From NCBI GenBank assembly GCA_964419335.1, contig CAYQOX010000027.1, positions 180-64,179 on the forward strand: a DNA stretch of 64,000 nucleotides, given 5' to 3'. Each line of letters begins with the position of its first letter. Positions within the stretch are counted from its first letter, which is position 1. Made by a program: the position numbers and the translations under genes. The notes under the pieces are model-generated. The model saw only the letters and a list, made by a program, of their open reading frames with translations. It was not told where the DNA came from and made no database searches. Source of the stretch: an uncultured bacterium (GTDB taxonomy: Bacteria; Hinthialibacterota; Hinthialibacteria; Hinthialibacterales; Hinthialibacteraceae). Positions 31,252 through 40,587 of the stretch are shown here, in pieces.

Positions 31252-32835
31252 ATGAACCAACAGCCAAGCCAATCTTCCAGTTTTGATGATATTTACCTAC
31301 GCAGTCGTTTCTTCCGCTACCTTGCCCTCATCGCGGGTCTGCTTGCCTGGACTTTCGATGGAATGGAACAAGGGGTCTATAGTATTATGACCCGCCCCGC
31401 CCTTAAAGATTTGATTCCTGGCATCCAAGAACTGGCCGATCAGCAAAATGAAATCAAAGCAAAAATCGATGAACTGCTTGAAAACGAAGGGGCGAACCAA
31501 GAACAAGTCCAAGATTTATTGCAAGATAAAACTCTTCAACAAATTCTTTCACTAGAGACCGAACATGTCGAAGAACAGCAATCCATCCAAGAACTAACCC
31601 ACCAGTTCGAAGAAGAACAAGAAGCCGATGTCGAGCAACTCACCCTCCTTCGCGAGAACGTCTCAACCATCCTTCGAAAAGTGGTCGACGGTCCGGTGGG
31701 CAATCTCTTCGGCTGGTCTTTAGCCATGTGGTTATGGGGGGCAGCCTGTGGAGGGGTGATCTTTGGACGCTTGGGAGACCGTTATGGACGTGTGCGAGGG
31801 CTGATTTTCGCCGTTATTGTGTATTCCGGGTTTACTGGCCTCTCCGCCCTTTCCACGCATTGGTCTCACCTGATTCTCTGCCGATTTGTTGGGGCTATTG
31901 GGCTTGGAGGGGCTTGGCCACTGAGTGTCGCCCTTATCGTCGAAACCTGGCCGGATAAATATCGCGCTGTTCTCGCCGGTCTTATGGGAATGGCAGCCAA
32001 TATCGGCTACTTTATCGCCGCGAAATATTCCGGCTTTATGGGTGCCGCCGGATATAATTGGCGATGGGTCATTGGTATGGGCTGCTTCATTGGCTTGAGT
32101 AGTTTAGTTTTCATCGTTTTTACCCCCGAGCCGGGCAAATGGCGACAATCTCGCCTGAAGAAACAACACTCCTCACTCGGCGACTTGTTCCACAAACAGT
32201 ACATTCGTTCCACCATCGTCGGCAGCCTGCTGTCGACCATCGCCTTGTTAGGAACTTGGGGCTCCTTCTTATGGCTAGCCACCTATGTCGACCAGATTTC
32301 CGAAGGAACGAAATTCGCCGATACCGCCCGCTCCTCCATTGCTGAATGGCAATCCTATGGGCAAATCGTGGGTGGCTTTCTTGGTGGTTTGCTAGCAGGC
32401 TGGATGGGAAACAAAAAATCTTGGATCTTCCTCTGCATCACCGCCTGGGCTTCCGTCTTCTCCCTCTTCTACTTCAATGAAGTCTTTGGCTATCAGATGA
32501 TGTTCATGGGCACATTTGCCGGCCTCTTTGTTACCGCTTACTTTGGCTGGCTGCCCAAATACCTTCCTGAACTCTTCCCCACACGTATTCGCGCTACCGG
32601 CCAAGGCTTTTGCTTTAATATTGGCCGGGTTCTGGCCGGTCTTGGCGTTTTAGGTACAGGATGGCTCGTCGATGCCTTTGGTGGCGAATTTCAAAAAGGC
32701 GCGATGACCATGTGCTCCATCTACCTCGTGGGCTTGATCGTTATTCTCTTCGCTCCAGACACCAAAGGGAAGATGATCTCCGATGAAGACGATGAACGAA
32801 TGATGCAGGCAGAAGGGAAAGGCCAAGAAGCCTAA
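31252..32835 (+). CDS. MFS transporter with a soluble coiled-coil insertion
   Basis: Motif A FGRLGDRYGR; ETWP...R; ELFPTRIRATG; RBS AAGGAG before ATG 31252. Confidence 0.9.
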   Translation: MNQQPSQSSSFDDIYLRSRFFRYLALIAGLLAWTFDGMEQGVYSIMTRPALKDLIPGIQELADQQNEIKAKIDELLENEGANQEQVQDLLQDKTLQQILSLETEHVEEQQSIQELTHQFEEEQEADVEQLTLLRENVSTILRKVVDGPVGNLFGWSLAMWLWGAACGGVIFGRLGDRYGRVRGLIFAVIVYSGFTGLSALSTHWSHLILCRFVGAIGLGGAWPLSVALIVETWPDKYRAVLAGLMGMAANIGYFIAAKYSGFMGAAGYNWRWVIGMGCFIGLSSLVFIVFTPEPGKWRQSRLKKQHSSLGDLFHKQYIRSTIVGSLLSTIALLGTWGSFLWLATYVDQISEGTKFADTARSSIAEWQSYGQIVGGFLGGLLAGWMGNKKSWIFLCITAWASVFSLFYFNEVFGYQMMFMGTFAGLFVTAYFGWLPKYLPELFPTRIRATGQGFCFNIGRVLAGLGVLGTGWLVDAFGGEFQKGAMTMCSIYLVGLIVILFAPDTKGKMISDEDDERMMQAEGKGQEA

Positions 32836-32864
32836 ATCGATCCCCAGTAATATTCGTTTATGCC

Positions 32865-32894
32865 AAGAGGGCGTAAATTCTACGCCCTCTTTTT
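32865..32894 (+). terminator. Rho-independent terminator
   Basis: AAGAGGGCGTA-aattc-TACGCCCTCTTTTT. Confidence 0.85.
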
Positions 32895-32981
32895 ACTTGT
32901 TCTCAATAATACAAATCCATAAAGCCTGCCATCTTCTCACACTTGAGTCGGCAGGCAATGTTTACAGATTGATCTCTTCTA

Positions 32982-33341
32982 CTACTGGAAAAGCGCTTGA
33001 ACTAAGCCGATTTGGAAGGATTGTCCATCTTTTAATGAAAATAGAATAAGAAACCCAAAAAAGAAAACCACCGTCAACAAAAGCACCGTCATCACTTTTC
33101 GCGCTGTCTTTCGTTCTTTCTTTCGATACCGTTTCGCGTGTTCAATCAAAGGCTCTACATGATAATCCTCTTCTTTAGGAATAGGCAGGTTTAATAGTTC
33201 ACGCGGAATTCGTTGCATGGATAATGGCGGTACATGACCTGCACGAAACGCCTGCAGCCTCCACAACAAATAGGGATTCCTCGACGCCATTAAATAGGCT
33301 TCTCTTCTTTGCTCTTCATTTAAATGATACAAAGAACCCAT
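32982..33341 (-). CDS. Hypothetical protein with a C-terminal transmembrane helix
   Basis: ORF with RBS GGAGAGG before ATG 33341; basic stretch followed by a hydrophobic segment. Confidence 0.6.
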   Translation of the reverse strand: MGSLYHLNEEQRREAYLMASRNPYLLWRLQAFRAGHVPPLSMQRIPRELLNLPIPKEEDYHVEPLIEHAKRYRKKERKTARKVMTVLLLTVVFFFGFLILFSLKDGQSFQIGLVQALFQ

Positions 33342-33618
33342 AATTTCCCCTCTCCTTGGAAAATACAAGACCGTCCCTCATACGCCTCTTGACCATGACC
33401 ATGTCGGAGAAAACCTCCGTGTTTTCCCCGACATACATCGCCGGCGACCAGCAAAATCTTTCTCCAGCCCAACATTCATCTTGATTCATAAAATGCCTAG
33501 ATGGCTCCGCATCTTTCCTGGTTACACTTCAGGCAAAAGAGAAAGACACGGAGCCATCCATCCTGTCTCGCACCTGAAAGCCTGAAGCGTTTCCAGAATG
33601 AACAACACTTCCCTTTCA

Positions 33619-33634
33619 TGCAACATGCGTACCA
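33619..33634 (-). promoter_or_regulatory. Putative sigma54 (-24/-12) promoter
   Basis: Minus strand TGGTAC-GCATG-TTGCA matches TGGCAC-N5-TTGCA with one mismatch and correct GG/GC spacing. Confidence 0.65.
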
Positions 33635-33716
33635 ATCCCCTTCCCTTTTCTAATTTACTTGCAACAATCAACTTGTAGAATTCTTCTCTAAGCGCTTCTC
33701 TTCAAAACAAAGTCCA

Positions 33717-34991
33717 TTGGGAGGTATTTTTTTCCTCTTGACGACCCATACTATACAAAAAATTCCAAATCCGGTTTCCACCCCCCCACCCCGTGGAGCC
33801 GTAACCCAAGAGGTTGGGCTCTACATTCATATCCCTTTCTGCGAGAAAAAATGCGATTACTGTGCCTTTGTCTCTACTCCCCCTGAATCTCAAGAAATCA
33901 TGGATCGCTATGTCGAGGCGATATTACAACACCTCAGAACTGGTTATTGTTTACTCCACCCTCGCCCCCTTGGATCCATCTTTTTTGGCGGCGGCACCCC
34001 CACGCTTCTGGGCGCAAAGCGTCTCATCCGCATTCTTCATCACATACGCACTCATGTCGACCTGACTCCCCATTGTGAGATCACCCTCGAAGCCAACCCC
34101 GAAAGCCTCTCCCCGGAACGAATCCACGCCCTCCGCGAATATGGCGTCAATCGTATCAGCCTTGGAGCGCAATCCTTCCACCCCCAAGAATTACAAACGC
34201 TTGGCCGCCTTCATTCCCCCGAACAAATTTACCAGGCAATCGATAGCATTCACCTTGCAGGAATCGAGAATCTTAACCTCGATCTCATCTTCGCAATCCC
34301 AGGACAAACCACATCCTCCTGGCAATCCAACCTCGAAACCGCCCTGAACTGCCGACCCACTCATCTTTCCACCTATGGCTTAACCTACGAAGAAGGAACC
34401 CTTCTCTCCCAACACCTGCAAAACCACCACATTACCCCAGTGCTGGAAGAAGACTATATTGAGATGTATGATATATTTTTGAATCAAATACAAGACGCCG
34501 GTTGGAAGCATTACGAAATCTCGAACGCTTGCCTTCCAGAACATGAATGCCGCCATAACCTTTTATACTGGAACCAACAGAACTACTTGGCAGTGGGAGT
34601 TTCTGCCCATGGTTTCATCCAGGGAGTGCGCTACGGACTCATACCAAACATCAATCGCTATAGGGAGGCACTGCTACAAAAACCAGCTAAGACTTTTTTC
34701 GCACCTGAATGCATATCAGAAATAAGCCGGCCTTCAACGCTTGAAATCGCTTCCGATACCATGATGGTTGGCTTACGAAAAAGAAAAGGAATCGACCTTG
34801 AGGCTTTCCACACTCGCTTTGGCTTTTCCCCTGAAGACCTATGGGGCTCGACCATCGAACATCTCCTTAATCGGGGCTGGCTGGAATATCTCGATCACCA
34901 TCTTCGTCTTACAAAAATCTCCTTACTCTTCAGTAACGAGGTTTTTGAATACTTTTTGGAACCGGATCAATCATCCTATCCCATGAGATGA
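33717..34991 (+). CDS. hemW: Radical SAM heme chaperone HemW (HemN-like); start uncertain
   Basis: LYIHIPFCEKKCDYCAF, FFGGGTP, TLEANP, HYEISN, HNLLYW. Confidence 0.9.
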   Translation: MGGIFFLLTTHTIQKIPNPVSTPPPRGAVTQEVGLYIHIPFCEKKCDYCAFVSTPPESQEIMDRYVEAILQHLRTGYCLLHPRPLGSIFFGGGTPTLLGAKRLIRILHHIRTHVDLTPHCEITLEANPESLSPERIHALREYGVNRISLGAQSFHPQELQTLGRLHSPEQIYQAIDSIHLAGIENLNLDLIFAIPGQTTSSWQSNLETALNCRPTHLSTYGLTYEEGTLLSQHLQNHHITPVLEEDYIEMYDIFLNQIQDAGWKHYEISNACLPEHECRHNLLYWNQQNYLAVGVSAHGFIQGVRYGLIPNINRYREALLQKPAKTFFAPECISEISRPSTLEIASDTMMVGLRKRKGIDLEAFHTRFGFSPEDLWGSTIEHLLNRGWLEYLDHHLRLTKISLLFSNEVFEYFLEPDQSSYPMR

Positions 34992-35213
34992 CTAAAACCA
35001 TCAAATAAGTCCAACAGGGTGCACTTCGCGAGATTCATAATATAATCTATTCTATCTATTACTTTTGTTCTTCGGTCAAAATCTTTTGATTCACGTGGTA
35101 CACTCATACGCATCCGCAGAGTAAACCAATAAAAGAAACCACCGAACCATACATACCACGGTATGTACTTTTGCCAAAAATTCATTATGATCTAAAGTTT
35201 AAAGGAAGCAACG

Positions 35214-35930
35214 ATGAGACGCCTTTACATCATTCTCGCTGAAAAATTGCTTTACTTTCCTTGGGGACGAGGGATTGTTAACCATATTCGTAGACACCCC
35301 CGGATTTACGAAAACCTGGAAGCGATCTATACCGCCTTAATTCTATTCTTGCTCATCAAAACCTTCATCATCGAAGGCTTTAAAATCCCCTCCAGCTCCA
35401 TGTGCAATACGCTCCAAGAATATGATCGCATCTTTGTCATGAAATTCATCTATCAATTCCAACCCATTCAACCGGGGGATATCGTGGTTTTTCGAACAAA
35501 AGGCATCCCAGAGATCGAATCTCCCGAGAAAAAATATTACATCAAACGGGTTATCGGAACTCCTGGAGACCATATTACAATTGGCCATGATGGACATATC
35601 TACCGAAACGGGGAATTATTAGATAAGCCTGAATTCTTCCTTCAAAACCGTTATGTCACCATCCCCAACAATGGAAATCAGCGTGAATTCAATGTTCCCG
35701 AAGGAGAATACTTCGTGTTGGGTGACAACAGTTCTAACAGTTTCGATAGCCGTGCATGGGGCACTATACCCCGGGAGAACATTGTAGGCAAAGCCTTTTT
35801 CCGCTACTATCCGCTCTCTCGTATAGGACTAATTTATGGTGACCCGATCAATCCAATCACAGCCGATGAGGTTTCTATCTTCCCTTTTTCTAAGAGAGTA
35901 CCAACACTTCCATTATCAAAATCGGGATAA
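35214..35930 (+). CDS. lepB: Signal peptidase I (paralogue 1)
   Basis: IPSSSMCNTL (catalytic Ser), YIKRVIGTPGD (catalytic Lys), LGDNSSNSFDSR. Confidence 0.92.
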   Translation: MRRLYIILAEKLLYFPWGRGIVNHIRRHPRIYENLEAIYTALILFLLIKTFIIEGFKIPSSSMCNTLQEYDRIFVMKFIYQFQPIQPGDIVVFRTKGIPEIESPEKKYYIKRVIGTPGDHITIGHDGHIYRNGELLDKPEFFLQNRYVTIPNNGNQREFNVPEGEYFVLGDNSSNSFDSRAWGTIPRENIVGKAFFRYYPLSRIGLIYGDPINPITADEVSIFPFSKRVPTLPLSKSG

Positions 35931-35939
35931 ACAAATATT

Positions 35940-36596
35940 ATGGTCATGAGATTATTGTATGTACAATTGGCTAGCAAACTCATGTACTTCTCCTTTGGAC
36001 GTAGGATCGTCAAACATATTCACCGTAACCAACGAACATACGAAAATGGTGAAGCCTTTTATCTTGCAATCATTATTGTCCTCTTAGTTCAAACATTCAT
36101 CCTCGAGGCCTACAGCATTCCCTCCTCTTCTATGATGAACACCTTACAAAAAGGCGATCGCATTTTTGTCGTTAAATGCATCTATTGGTTCAAACCCATC
36201 GATCCAGGCGATGTTGTTGTTTTTCGCACCAACGACATCGAAGAAATCGATAAACCCGGTAAAGAATATTACATTAAACGAGTCGTGGGACTCCCGGGAG
36301 ACCAAATTCGAATTGGCCATGACTACCATCTTTATCGGAATGAGGATCCTCTAACCGATCCGCCTTTCTTCTTTCAAAACCGGTATGTACCTTCCAACTC
36401 CAACCGCGAACGCCAATTTGAAGTGCCCGAGGGTCATATTTTCGTCTTCGGCGACAACAGCGCCAACAGCTATGACAGTCGGGCTTGGGGAGGCGTCCCC
36501 CTCGAAAACATCGTCGGCCAAGCAGTCTTTCGTTATTGGCCCCCTGCCCGCATAGGCTTCCTTCAAGGCGTATCCGTTGATCCCCTTACCCCCTAG
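35940..36596 (+). CDS. lepB: Signal peptidase I (paralogue 2)
   Basis: IPSSSMMNTL, YIKRVVGLPGD, FGDNSANSYDSR. Confidence 0.92.
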   Translation: MVMRLLYVQLASKLMYFSFGRRIVKHIHRNQRTYENGEAFYLAIIIVLLVQTFILEAYSIPSSSMMNTLQKGDRIFVVKCIYWFKPIDPGDVVVFRTNDIEEIDKPGKEYYIKRVVGLPGDQIRIGHDYHLYRNEDPLTDPPFFFQNRYVPSNSNRERQFEVPEGHIFVFGDNSANSYDSRAWGGVPLENIVGQAVFRYWPPARIGFLQGVSVDPLTP

Positions 36597-36607
36597 GAGA
36601 ATTCCTC

Positions 36608-37372
36608 ATGAATCCCCCGAAAATACTCGCTCTCGATATTGGCAATTCACGCACAAAACTCGCCATTTTTATCAACCACACCATGGAAAAGAGCGATTTT
36701 CTTCCCTCCCAACCCGAGTATGCCGAGAAAATTTGCCTTATTACCGATAAGTGGTACCAAGACTATGCCTTCCAGGAAATCATTATCTCTTCTGTGGTTC
36801 CCGCTCAAAGCGATATGCTCCAAACCATGATGAGCGAGCGCTATCATCAAAAAATCATCATGGTAGAAGATATCAAAACCCAATTACTCCCCCTTAAAGT
36901 CGATCGTCCTGAAACCGTCGGCGTCGATCGGGTGGTCAATTCCTACGCCGCCATCCAACTTTGCGGCACCCCCTGCATTGTCATAAGTTTAGGAACAGCA
37001 ACCACTTTTGAGGTCATTTCTACCTATGGCGAATACCTGGGCGGAGCCATCTGTCCCGGGGTTCGTATCTCCATGGAGGCTCTTACCCAACGTACCGCCC
37101 TACTCCCCCCCCCTGTATGGAAAAAGCCCAAGTCCATTATCGCGAAAAATACGATGGCCCACATGGAGTCGGGCATCTATTATGGAACCCTAAGTTTAAT
37201 CGAAGGCATGGTTCAGCGGATGAAACCAGAGGTAGGAAAAAACACAAAAATAGTGTGTACCGGCGGGCTTAGCACAATCCTGGCCCAAGAAAACATTTTT
37301 GACTATCACGAGCCTCACCTCACCCTTAAAGGGTTAGAGCGAATCCATCGCCATCACTTTCAATCACGTTAA
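36608..37372 (+). CDS. coaX: Type III pantothenate kinase
   Basis: LDIGNSRTK, VGVDR, GTATT, GGAICPG, TGG, LTLKGL. Confidence 0.93.
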   Translation: MNPPKILALDIGNSRTKLAIFINHTMEKSDFLPSQPEYAEKICLITDKWYQDYAFQEIIISSVVPAQSDMLQTMMSERYHQKIIMVEDIKTQLLPLKVDRPETVGVDRVVNSYAAIQLCGTPCIVISLGTATTFEVISTYGEYLGGAICPGVRISMEALTQRTALLPPPVWKKPKSIIAKNTMAHMESGIYYGTLSLIEGMVQRMKPEVGKNTKIVCTGGLSTILAQENIFDYHEPHLTLKGLERIHRHHFQSR

Positions 37373-38512
37373 TGAACACTCCGACCGCACACGCTCCACC
37401 ACACTCGGAAAGACCTGCACAAAACGGTCAATCTCATCCTCGCTATTCTCATACCCCAGAGAAATACGAACCGCCGCCGTCGCTTCTTCATCCGTGCGTC
37501 CCAAGGCTTTAATGACATGCGAAGGCGTGGTTTTCCCCTGCGAACAAGCCGACCCCGTGGAAAGACAGAATCCCTCCTCACTCATAGCCCGGATAAGTTC
37601 TCGCGCATTCACCCTCCCTAAACTGAAATTCAACGTCCCCGGCAAACAGCCCCTCGCCGGACTGTTACGCAACACCTCCATCGGCATCTCACACAAAGCC
37701 TCCCACAGACGTTCTCTTAAACGCTCTTCATGGGACATACGATGCTTCAGTTCCTTCTTCGCCAACTCGGCCGCTTTTCCCAATCCTACTATTCCAGGGA
37801 CATTCTCGGTCCCACCCCGCAAACCCTTTTCTTGGGCTCCCCCCAGCGCATGAGCCACAAAAGAAACTCCTTCACCCACATAAAGTGCACCGACTCCCTT
37901 GGGACCATACATTTTATGCGCCGAAAGCGAAAGTAAATCTACCCCGAGTTCCTCCACATTCACGGGGATCTTTCCCACCGCCTGCACTGCATCCGTATGA
38001 AACGGAACCCCATACGCACGGGCGATTTTACAAATCTCTTGAATCGGTTGAATACTGCCAATCTCATTATTGGCGGTCATAATGCTGATCAACGCCGTAT
38101 CCGAACCAATCCGCCTTTCTACATCCCGGGGATTCACCCGCCCCTCTCGATCCACTGGCAAATAATCCACCTTGCATCCCACATACCTTTCTAAAAAATG
38201 ACATGTTTCGATCACTGCGGGATGCTCTACCAAAGAAGTGATAATATGCTTTTTGCCACTGGCATAAACCACCCCCTTCAACGCCGCATTGTCCGACTCT
38301 GTACCTCCACTGGTGAAGACAACCCTCTCTTCGACTCCCCCTATCAAGCGGGCTACTTGAATCCGGCTTTTTTCTACCGCATAACCCGCATCCACCCCAA
38401 GCCGATATAAACACGAAGCATTGCCGAATTGGTGCTTATAATACGGCTCCATCGACCGAAACACCTCAGAATGTACGGGTGTGGTGGCGTTATGATCAAA
38501 ATAAATAGACAT
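37364..38512 (-). CDS. iscS: Cysteine desulfurase, IscS/NifS family
   Basis: YFDHNATTP, FTSGGTE, SAHKMYGPKG, catalytic TGSACS. Confidence 0.92.
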   Translation of the reverse strand: MSIYFDHNATTPVHSEVFRSMEPYYKHQFGNASCLYRLGVDAGYAVEKSRIQVARLIGGVEERVVFTSGGTESDNAALKGVVYASGKKHIITSLVEHPAVIETCHFLERYVGCKVDYLPVDREGRVNPRDVERRIGSDTALISIMTANNEIGSIQPIQEICKIARAYGVPFHTDAVQAVGKIPVNVEELGVDLLSLSAHKMYGPKGVGALYVGEGVSFVAHALGGAQEKGLRGGTENVPGIVGLGKAAELAKKELKHRMSHEERLRERLWEALCEMPMEVLRNSPARGCLPGTLNFSLGRVNARELIRAMSEEGFCLSTGSACSQGKTTPSHVIKALGRTDEEATAAVRISLGYENSEDEIDRFVQVFPSVVERVRSECSLT

Positions 38513-38598
38513 GAAAAACCCTCCCAGGGTTTTTAAACGATTCTTACTTCAAATTATACTGGGAGGGCACCATGAAACAACGTAACCTAAGTCGCTTG

Positions 38599-39150
38599 TC
38601 AATCAAACAAGAATACCGCCGCCGCCACTACCGTGGTATAACCGCCGGATTTATTCACCGCCGACTGGGTAATATTACGCGAATGTACGATTTTCCCGCT
38701 CAGACGGTAGACTTCTTCTTTCTCATCCCATGATTTATCCTCGTCAAATTCCACTCCCAAGGTCGTCGCTAGCATGGCCGCCGCCAAATCTTCGGCATAC
38801 TCCCCTGCTTCATGCCGAGTTTGGCCAAAACCGTGATATTCGCTCAAATAGCCATAATGAGTTTTATCCGCCGGTAAGGCCAATCCAATCGAGGACACCA
38901 ATTGCCGCCGAGGTTCATTGGTTGTACATCGCGCCATCACCGCATAAGTAATGGCTCCCGGCACCAATTCCTTGATCCCTTTCTCGCGTGAAATGATTTT
39001 ACACCCTGGTGGATAGATACTGGACACTTGCACCAGATTACAAACGGCAATTCCAGCATCCCTCAATGCCATCTCAAAAGATCGCAATTCTTCCTTGTGA
39101 AATCCTATGCCTTTAGTCAAAAACATACGCTTGGGTACGAGATCAATCAT
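38599..39150 (-). CDS. pdaD: Pyruvoyl-dependent arginine decarboxylase
   Basis: [23 protein letters not shown] with the SS autocleavage site; YGYLSE; RBS AAGGAGG. Confidence 0.9.
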   Translation of the reverse strand: MIDLVPKRMFLTKGIGFHKEELRSFEMALRDAGIAVCNLVQVSSIYPPGCKIISREKGIKELVPGAITYAVMARCTTNEPRRQLVSSIGLALPADKTHYGYLSEYHGFGQTRHEAGEYAEDLAAAMLATTLGVEFDEDKSWDEKEEVYRLSGKIVHSRNITQSAVNKSGGYTTVVAAAVFLFD

Positions 39151-39430
39151 GAGTCCTCCTTCTCTAGCCTTGTTATTCCATGGAGTGTGAAACAGACTCC
39201 GACTGTAAGCCATATTTTTATGGCCTATCTCTTGACATTAGTGCATGTTACGACCGCACCCCCCGTCTGTTGAATAAAACCGGAAAGGCTCCGCTCGAGC
39301 AATGCCATGCCCTCTTATAAATAAAAGAAAACAACGAAAATCTACTTCGTCAATTTATGATAGATATGGATTGGCTTTCTACGCTAGAAAGGATACAATT
39401 TCTTTATTAAAAGAAAAGTATTATAAAGCA

Positions 39431-40198
39431 ATGGCAACTACCCTAGGAAAGAACAATTTGCACTCCCCCGTTACAAATAATCGTTTCCCTCAGCTCGAAG
39501 AACCGACACTCCAAACTTTACAAAACGCGGCTCTGAAAGCCTTATCCCATTATACGTTTACTCGAAATACCCAACCCCTCGCCACCTTCTATCCCTACGC
39601 CGGCTTAAAAAGCACAATCAAAATAGAAAAAGAGATTACCCGCCTTCGTATCAGCGATATCCTAAGTGATGCACCGGGCGAAGTACTCGAATCTCTTATC
39701 CACATCCTGATCACCCGTGCCGTCCGCCGCAAGCCAAACGTGGAACACCTCTCTCGCTATAATCAATATATCCATCATCCAGAAATGGAGAACCGGCTCG
39801 CCCGGGTACGTCTTTGCAGAAGCCGCAAACGACTTCCCGGTCCAGTGGGTAAATACTTCAACCTGAATGAATCCTTCCTCCGTATCAACCAGAAGTATTT
39901 CCACGCATCTCTACGAAAACCCAACCTCTCCTGGTCTCCGGGACGCAGCCGCACTCAACTTGGCTACCACGACAGTCATCTCAACTTAGTCGTCATCAGC
40001 CGGTGGCTAGACCAAAAAGCCACCCCCCTCTTCATCATCGATTACATTATGTACCATGAATTATTACACATCGTTGTGCGTCCGGAATTTCGCACCCAAA
40101 AACGCGTAATTCACTCCGCTGAATTCAAGCGCCGCGAAGAACAGTTTGAAGAGATCGATTTCGTACGTGAATGGTTTCGCCGCCGGGGTCTATATTAA
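39431..40198 (+). CDS. SprT-like/YgjP-type zinc metallopeptidase domain protein
   Basis: YIMYHELLH followed by a downstream H (VIHSAEF); start uncertain (ORF open from 39302). Confidence 0.75.
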   Translation: MATTLGKNNLHSPVTNNRFPQLEEPTLQTLQNAALKALSHYTFTRNTQPLATFYPYAGLKSTIKIEKEITRLRISDILSDAPGEVLESLIHILITRAVRRKPNVEHLSRYNQYIHHPEMENRLARVRLCRSRKRLPGPVGKYFNLNESFLRINQKYFHASLRKPNLSWSPGRSRTQLGYHDSHLNLVVISRWLDQKATPLFIIDYIMYHELLHIVVRPEFRTQKRVIHSAEFKRREEQFEEIDFVREWFRRRGLY

Positions 40199-40239
40199 AC
40201 GGCACAATCGTAGGCAATAAAAAGCGTGGGCATACTCAC

Positions 40240-40587
40240 TCAGGCCGTACTCTCAAATTCAGAAACCGCTTCTTCTACCCTCTCATAGACATGCAATATA
40301 TTATCAATCCGGGTGGCTTGAAAGGTTTGAGCAACACGTTGCTGCAACTGCGCGAAAGTCAAATCGCCCCCACGATCGCGTAATTCCCGCGCAAACGCCA
40401 CAAAAACCCCAACCGTGTAAGAGGATATCATATCGACACCGCTTAGATTCAAGATGACTTTGTGGCGGTTTTGTTTCAATAAATCATAAAACTCTCCGCG
40501 CAACCACACCGTATTCTCGAAATCCAACTCCCCTTGCACATGCAGGATCGTGACTCCGTCACGATCTTCACGGTTCACTGGAATCAT
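40240..40587 (-). CDS. STAS-domain anti-sigma factor antagonist
   Basis: VQGELD...ILNLSGVDMISSYTVG...GGDL... Confidence 0.85.
   Translation of the reverse strand: MIPVNREDRDGVTILHVQGELDFENTVWLRGEFYDLLKQNRHKVILNLSGVDMISSYTVGVFVAFARELRDRGGDLTFAQLQQRVAQTFQATRIDNILHVYERVEEAVSEFESTA

Noticed and set aside
34976-35185. 69-aa aromatic-rich minus-strand ORF between hemW and lepB
   Set aside because: Antisense within a co-oriented gene run, no RBS, no recognisable motif; cannot be supported, though a small membrane peptide is not excluded.
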